DNA from: Opitutaceae bacterium
GTDB taxonomy: Bacteria; Verrucomicrobiota; Verrucomicrobiia; Opitutales; Coraliomargaritaceae
Assembly: GCA_051252375.1 (NCBI GenBank)
Contig: JBPOFY010000008.1
Coordinates: 64,001 to 128,000 of the forward strand
DNA: 64,000 nucleotides
Reading direction: 5' to 3'
The notes beneath the pieces were generated by a model, which saw only the letters and a list, made by a program, of their open reading frames with translations, did not search any database and was not told the origin of the DNA. The translations under genes were made by a program, and so were the position numbers. How positions within the stretch are numbered: the first letter of the stretch is position 1; every line of letters begins with the position of its first letter. Positions 59,024 through 64,000 of the stretch are shown piece by piece.

Positions 59024-59222
59024 CATTTCAGCCTTCTCACCATTTTAGTTTTCAGCGTTTGTTCCTTCAGCCGCCCAAAGGGCACCCGCTTCAGTCTCCC
59101 CTTCGGGGCAAACCGCAAGCGGTTCACCATCTCTGCGCTAACGCGCTCCGTCAGCATTTTAGCTTTTCAGCCCCCCTCACTTATTTCAGCTCTCAGCTCT
59201 CAGCATTTCAGCTTTCAGCTTT
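59024..59222. repeat. Degenerate TTTCAGC heptamer tract enclosing a multi-hairpin segment
   Basis: tttcagc, tctcagc, ttttagc units read directly. Confidence 0.75.
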
Positions 59223-59231
59223 TAAAAAAGG

Positions 59232-59306
59232 TGGTGCCCCCACCGGGACTCGAACCCGGATCGACTATTTAGGAAACAGTAGTTCTATCCATTGAACTAT
59301 AGGGAC
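59232..59306 (-). tRNA. tRNA-Arg(CCT)
   Basis: Reverse complement GTCCCTATAGTTCAATGGATAGAAC...ACTGT-TT-CCT-AA-ATAGT...GGTTCGAGTCC...GGGGGCACCA. Confidence 0.95.
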
Positions 59307-59444
59307 GACCTAGCGCCCATGATTTACCCATCCAGACCGATTCGTAAACCCTAGAATCGAAGAATTACAACGCATTCCACAAACAAAACCCGGACGCGTG
59401 AAACGCGTCCCTCCACTTCTCACTTCCAACTCCCTACTTCTTCC

Positions 59445-60218
59445 TCAATATTCCACATCGCCTTCGTAACGCCATTCATAGAGACCGTTTCGGGTGCGAT
59501 ACACGCTATCAACCTGCCAATTGCCCCAAGCGGTGTGCAGGTAGCCGAAATAGCGGTCCATGGCTTCGAAGCGGTTGTCGCTGCGCTTGTGCAAGTCGAC
59601 AATCGTTGCAGTCTGCGGCTTGCCTTCGGGGCCATAGCTGCGAATGCCTGCCATAAAATAGTCTTCAAATGCTTCTGTGGTGGTAAAGGCGCGACCATGC
59701 ACCCGCTCCGCATCGGGGTATTCCACCAATCGAAGGTCGATCATGTTGTCCGCGGTCGTCATCTCTAGGGCACGGTGCCCGTAAAAGTCGCGCTCGGTAT
59801 CGACCTTGAGCTTCGCCCGCACTTCGGGGAAGCCCAGCTTGGCTAAGGCTTCGACCAGGATGCTGTCGCTATACCGGTGGTCAACCCACACGGCTTGGCT
59901 ACCGTCGCGCGTGTCGATGCAGGCCACCCGGAGCGCACAATTTCGGCTGGGTGGACCCATCTTCAAAGGTGCCCACTCCGGCGCCGCATGCTTCATGAAA
60001 ATCGCACACAGGCTGAGCACATAGCCTGCCTTGGTCGGGATCGGCTCTAAGAAACTAGGACCCACCAACTCGCGGACGACTGCCTCCGGCACGATAACAT
60101 TCGCCACCCAGCGCTCACTGACTTCAGCGAAGACACTCGTCACCCGCTGACGCGGGACTTCCCAGGTGCGATCATTCGCCGCATCATAGATCTCAATTGG
60201 TTTCAGTTCTGTTTTCAT
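59445..60218 (-). CDS. DUF2071/YqjF-like (acetoacetate decarboxylase-like fold) protein
   Basis: RWVANVIVP..VRELV...LEP..AGYVLSLC...NCALRV pattern; ATGA overlap with upstream gene. Confidence 0.55.
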   Translation of the reverse strand: MKTELKPIEIYDAANDRTWEVPRQRVTSVFAEVSERWVANVIVPEAVVRELVGPSFLEPIPTKAGYVLSLCAIFMKHAAPEWAPLKMGPPSRNCALRVACIDTRDGSQAVWVDHRYSDSILVEALAKLGFPEVRAKLKVDTERDFYGHRALEMTTADNMIDLRLVEYPDAERVHGRAFTTTEAFEDYFMAGIRSYGPEGKPQTATIVDLHKRSDNRFEAMDRYFGYLHTAWGNWQVDSVYRTRNGLYEWRYEGDVEY

Positions 60219-60814
60219 AACACCACTCCCTTCCCTTCTTTATACCCCTTGCAATACTGCCCGGCATCTTCGACCGGCAACGGGTTGCTGGCATCGACAT
60301 CGTTCAAGGTCGTTTCAGCGCCCCATCCGAAGACCTTTTCAAACCAAGGCAACCAGCGTGCATCGCGGATCACCTCCTGAAAATAGACTTCGTGCTCTTT
60401 TTCTTTCAGCCCCATTTCGTAGAGCGCGGTATCGTGCTCATGAATCCCCAGTTCATTGAAGTAGCGAAGCATCACGATATACTCGCAGACATTACCACTC
60501 TCCAACTTACCGGCGAAGAAGTAAGGCATGAACCAACCGATGACGTGGCAACTGAGCCCGATCATTTTGCCGATGCAGCTATACTTCAGCTCATACCAAC
60601 GGCTCACCGGAATCGCATATTGCACCATCAATTGATGCACGCATTCACGATGCCCCCACTCATCCAGCTCGATCTGACGAACCGCCGCCCGGTCCACCGC
60701 GTCCCGCAAAGACGCCGCGTGACCGATGTAGGCATAAGCCGCCGCCCGCTCTGCCGAGTAAGCAAGTTGAAGCGATTGCACGAGGGCTGGGTGGTGTATG
60801 GTTGGCGTTTTCAT
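60215..60814 (-). CDS. Ferritin-like di-iron four-helix protein
   Basis: AYSAERAA..AY.GH, DEWGH, LESGNV, EKEH; ATG 60814 chosen because the longer ORF runs through a REP repeat. Confidence 0.8.
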   Translation of the reverse strand: MKTPTIHHPALVQSLQLAYSAERAAAYAYIGHAASLRDAVDRAAVRQIELDEWGHRECVHQLMVQYAIPVSRWYELKYSCIGKMIGLSCHVIGWFMPYFFAGKLESGNVCEYIVMLRYFNELGIHEHDTALYEMGLKEKEHEVYFQEVIRDARWLPWFEKVFGWGAETTLNDVDASNPLPVEDAGQYCKGYKEGKGVVL

Positions 60815-60829
60815 ATGCGATGTTGGGTT

Positions 60830-60920
60830 GGTAGCGGCGCTCGTCCCCGAGCGCCATTGATTGGAAGGCCCCACCAGTGACAGTTCTGACGTATGGCGAT
60901 TAGGGACAATCGCCGCTACC
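60830..60920. repeat. GTAG-type REP-like doublet
   Basis: GGTAGCGGCGCTCGTCCCCGAGCGCC and GGCGATTAGGGACAATCGCCGCTACC. Confidence 0.8.
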
Positions 60921-60960
60921 TCTGGCGAGAATAGGCTATCCAAGTGATTACATATTATTG

Positions 60961-60984
60961 AGTTTTCAGTAATTAGTGAAAGTT
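60961..60984. promoter_or_regulatory. Operator copy 2 (probable GbsR-family site)
   Basis: AGTTTTCAGTAATTAGTGAAAGTT, 21/24 identical to 61907-61930. Confidence 0.75.
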
Positions 60985-61004
60985 TGATCTATAAAAAAAG
61001 CAGC

Positions 61005-61370
61005 TCAAACAGGCAAAACTGGCGGACGCCCTTTCTTCCGCATCTTATCAAAATTGAACATATTGAAAAAATGCATCGCACCTAAAACCATCAGCACAAT
61101 ACCCACCTTTGTGGTTAAGTATTCAACGGCTTCGACGACTGCTTCAGGGCGTTTTCCATATTTTAAAAACATCAATACAAAGCCGAAGTTCACCAAGTAG
61201 AACCCGACGCGCAGCAAGTGATTGACTGCGTCCGCCATTTCGCCGTTTCCGCGAAAAGCTTCTACCAGGAATATGCGTCCTGCTTTATAGAGTGTTTGCG
61301 CCACCCAAACTGTCATCGCGAGCGTCGCGACGACATAGAGTGCGTAAGTTATTAAGACTATATTGTTCAT
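61005..61370 (-). CDS. Small 3-TM conserved hypothetical membrane protein
   Basis: TLYKAGRIFL..F......ADAVNHLLRVGFYLVNFG...LGAMHFFN. Confidence 0.8.
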   Translation of the reverse strand: MNNIVLITYALYVVATLAMTVWVAQTLYKAGRIFLVEAFRGNGEMADAVNHLLRVGFYLVNFGFVLMFLKYGKRPEAVVEAVEYLTTKVGIVLMVLGAMHFFNMFNFDKMRKKGRPPVLPV

Positions 61371-61385
61371 TGTATTTCCTCCTTA

Positions 61386-61901
61386 TCATTTAAATCGTTT
61401 AACTAAGAATGGTAGCACTTTGCTCTGTTCCGATCGGGAGACCTTATCCAAAACCAAATTAGCGGTTTGGACGAATTCCGCCAAAGATGCGGTTTGCTGC
61501 GCAAAGAGCTGCTGCTCGGCGTCCTTCTTGTTGAAGGACTTTGAAGAAGACGTCTTGAGTAAGTTTAAAGCCGGGTCGATTTCGCGCCGCTTGCGCTCGC
61601 GAGCAATGATACAGAACATCGCCCAAACATCTTTCTCAGCCTCGAAATATTCTTTGCGGTCCCCCGGATAGGTGACGCGGCGAATGAGCCCCCACCCGAC
61701 CAAATCACGCAGATTGGAATTTGCATTCCCCCGGCTAATCTTCAGCGCATCCATCACCACGTTCGTGTCAGTCGGCTCGACCGCCAACATCAGATAGGCA
61801 TGGATCTGCGCCATCGTCCGGTTGATCCCCCAGCAGCTGCCGAGCGTGCCCCACTGGGCAATGAAATCGTTCTTTAGTAGTGTAAATTCTTCGGCTTCCA
61901 T
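61386..61901 (-). CDS. GbsR/MarR family transcriptional regulator
   Basis: FIAQWG.LGS.WGINRTMAQIHAYL, ISRGNAN..LRDLVGWGL, GDRKEYFEAEKDVW. Confidence 0.9.
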   Translation of the reverse strand: MEAEEFTLLKNDFIAQWGTLGSCWGINRTMAQIHAYLMLAVEPTDTNVVMDALKISRGNANSNLRDLVGWGLIRRVTYPGDRKEYFEAEKDVWAMFCIIARERKRREIDPALNLLKTSSSKSFNKKDAEQQLFAQQTASLAEFVQTANLVLDKVSRSEQSKVLPFLVKRFK

Positions 61902-61906
61902 AACTG

Positions 61907-61930
61907 AACTTTCAGTAATTACTGAAAGTT
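61907..61930. promoter_or_regulatory. Operator copy 1, perfect 24-bp palindrome
   Basis: AACTTTCAGTAATTACTGAAAGTT, 5 nt upstream of the regulator ATG. Confidence 0.8.
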
Positions 61931-62092
61931 TGTCGAGCTTTATTTTCATGCTAGAACATTTTTCCACAAAGAATCACAACGCTGCGCGATACGGAAATCG
62001 CGCCCGACAATTCAATAGAAAGTAATTTAAAGACACCAGTTGCAGAGAACCATAACTTGCTAAGGCAGCTACCATTAACTTAGCTGAAAAAC

Positions 62093-62434
62093 ATGATAAC
62101 AAGCGCCCTCAAATACCTCATATTAATTACTACGATTATTTGTTCAGCCGCCTTCATTCTCAACTATAGTAAAGAGGCAAAGAGAATTACACAGATCCGA
62201 GATAATCTCCATGGATTTGCAGTTGAAGCAGCGAAACTCCCCTTTTCCTCGGACTGGAAAGAAATAATTCAAGAAGACGAATATCCATATTTGGACTATA
62301 CCAAACTCGAATTCATTCCAGTCCTCAAAGAAAGCCTACCACTAGGAAAACCATTCATAGTCTATCGAGATGTCGACAGAACATACGAAGTCTGGCTAGA
62401 TGGTCATGTCGACATCAGAAAAACCGCACCATAG
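62093..62434 (+). CDS. Small hypothetical membrane-anchored protein
   Basis: 113-aa ORF, N-terminal TM, AT-rich, C-terminal DGHV. Confidence 0.6.
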   Translation: MITSALKYLILITTIICSAAFILNYSKEAKRITQIRDNLHGFAVEAAKLPFSSDWKEIIQEDEYPYLDYTKLEFIPVLKESLPLGKPFIVYRDVDRTYEVWLDGHVDIRKTAP

Positions 62435-62748
62435 CCCACTAGAGTCGGTGTAAATAGCGCCCGAAGATTCAACTCGAAGCTGTGCACACAGAATGAAAGC
62501 ATTCAAAATAATCGAAAGCTTCTTGGTGATTCTTTCCATTCTCAGGAGCGTCACTCTCGATGTTGCGCTTAAGGCGTAACCTTAAAAACTGAATCTTGGA
62601 CTACAAAATACGCGAAAAGCACGAAAGAATATGAATTGAATACGTATTGCTGGTTTCGCGACGTTCGTGCCTTTCGTAGTCAAAAAACTCCCAGCTAGTT
62701 AGCTAGTGAACTACGGCTAGCGCCGCGCGACACATCTATATTAGCGCA

Positions 62749-63564
62749 CTACCCGACTTTCTTTTTACGCGCTTCTTTCTCGTGTTCGCATTCGTCGAGG
62801 AAGGCGAGCAAGCGGCGGCGGTATTCGTAGAACTGGTCCGTCTCCATGATTTCCTCACGGCTGCGTGGGCGTTCGAATTCTATTTCCATAACCTCCCCCA
62901 CTTTTGCGTGCGGGCCATTGGTCATCATACAAATCCGATCGGACATAAAGACCGCTTCGTCGGGATCGTGCGTGACCATCATTGTGGTGATCTTCTCCTT
63001 ATCGAGAATGCGTAGAATGACATCTTGTAGCTCCATTCGTGTGAGCGAATCTAGGCGGCCAAGTGGCTCGTCGAGCAGTAACATGCGAGGCTTGAGTGCA
63101 ATCGCACGAGCGATACCGACGCGTTGCTGCATACCGCCAGACATTTCGCGTGGATACTTATGCATCGCATCTGATAGACCGACCATGATGAGGGATGCCT
63201 CCACCACTTCTTTACGCTCTTGGCGGGTCGCATGTGGATAACTGCGCTTCACGCCGAGCATGACGTTTTGAAAGGACGTCATCCACGGCAATAGGCATGG
63301 CGCTTGAAACACGACGGCACGATCCGGACCAGGACCATCGATTTCCTTGTTCGCGACGATGATGCCGCCGTCGGAAATCGGGCTCAGACCAGCAATCATA
63401 TTCAACACGGTGGATTTACCGCAACCAGAGTGACCAATGATCGAGACGACATCGCCGCGCGGCACCTTCAGCTCGAAGCCGTCGACCACTTTGATCTCAT
63501 CCCCAAATGGATTGGGATAAGCTTTTACTAGGTTGAAAATTTCTACGTAACGTTCGTCGGACAT
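62749..63564 (-). CDS. Nitrate/cyanate-type ABC transporter ATP-binding protein (NrtD-like)
   Basis: [40 protein letters not shown]. Confidence 0.9.
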   Translation of the reverse strand: MSDERYVEIFNLVKAYPNPFGDEIKVVDGFELKVPRGDVVSIIGHSGCGKSTVLNMIAGLSPISDGGIIVANKEIDGPGPDRAVVFQAPCLLPWMTSFQNVMLGVKRSYPHATRQERKEVVEASLIMVGLSDAMHKYPREMSGGMQQRVGIARAIALKPRMLLLDEPLGRLDSLTRMELQDVILRILDKEKITTMMVTHDPDEAVFMSDRICMMTNGPHAKVGEVMEIEFERPRSREEIMETDQFYEYRRRLLAFLDECEHEKEARKKKVG

Positions 63565-63594
63565 TTTAATAAATGGGTAATCGGTGAAGGCTGA

Positions 63595-64000
63595 TTATTT
63601 AAAGAAGGTCGTCTCACGATCGACGACTTTGGCGATGGCTGCGCGTCGACGCCCACGGGCGGGCTTCAACGGTAGCACTGAGAAATCAATTGGCATAATC
63701 GAGGGCAACTCGACCACTGCCTGGCTGGCTTGTAGCGCTTTGGCTTCGTCGTTGAGGTTGACCATATACTTTGAGATATCGTTACGCAGGCGACGGAAGG
63801 CCGGGTTGGTATTGAGCGTGGTGCGATTGCGCGGACGCGGAAGGTCTACAGGAAAGGGTTCGTCCAGAGTGGCTGCGGGGCCCATCGTGAGCGGCACGAT
63901 TCGGTCGGCCATCAGCACGGCCTCGTCGACGTCGTTGGTGATCATCACAATGGTGCGTTTATCACTTTCCCAAATATTGATAATCTCGTCTTGGATGACG
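63595..64000 (-). CDS. Nitrate-type ABC ATP-binding protein (NrtC-like), 5' truncated
   Basis: QDEIINIW...[24 protein letters not shown]. Confidence 0.8.
   Translation of the reverse strand, partial: VIQDEIINIWESDKRTIVMITNDVDEAVLMADRIVPLTMGPAATLDEPFPVDLPRPRNRTTLNTNPAFRRLRNDISKYMVNLNDEAKALQASQAVVELPSIMPIDFSVLPLKPARGRRRAAIAKVVDRETTFFK

Overview
Bacterial chromosome segment. Gene content (SHD1-type secreted protein, GH107-like fucanase, Cys-poor S18/L31/L36) suggests a marine Verrucomicrobiota member of the Opitutales (Coraliomargarita/Lentimonas-like); this is an inference. Most of the window is housekeeping: gatCAB, pheST, recQ, rpsR, Sua5, pyc, mutY, rsmJ, hemW, tlyA, nadK, cca, rpmE2/rpmJ2, an ExbBD cluster, nitrate-type ABC ATPases, tRNA-Lys(TTT) and tRNA-Arg(CCT). 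Two hybrid histidine kinases sit at the left end. An accessory block lies between yqaA-gatCAB and pheT (about 11.4-21.9 kb). Main observations: (1) decayed copies of the 3' ends of gatC and pheT lie in this block, with no integrase present, suggesting cargo capture by single-crossover integration into essential translation genes; (2) a GH107 endo-fucanase-like gene with both catalytic motifs intact; (3) a GbsR-family mini-regulon with a 24-bp palindromic operator present twice; (4) a DUF2059 gene interrupted by one in-frame TGA; (5) several families of short intergenic palindromic or heptameric repeats; (6) a type B L36 gene missed by the ORF track. No CRISPR array, rRNA, transposase or integrase was seen. 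All family calls are from motif recognition, not database searches.
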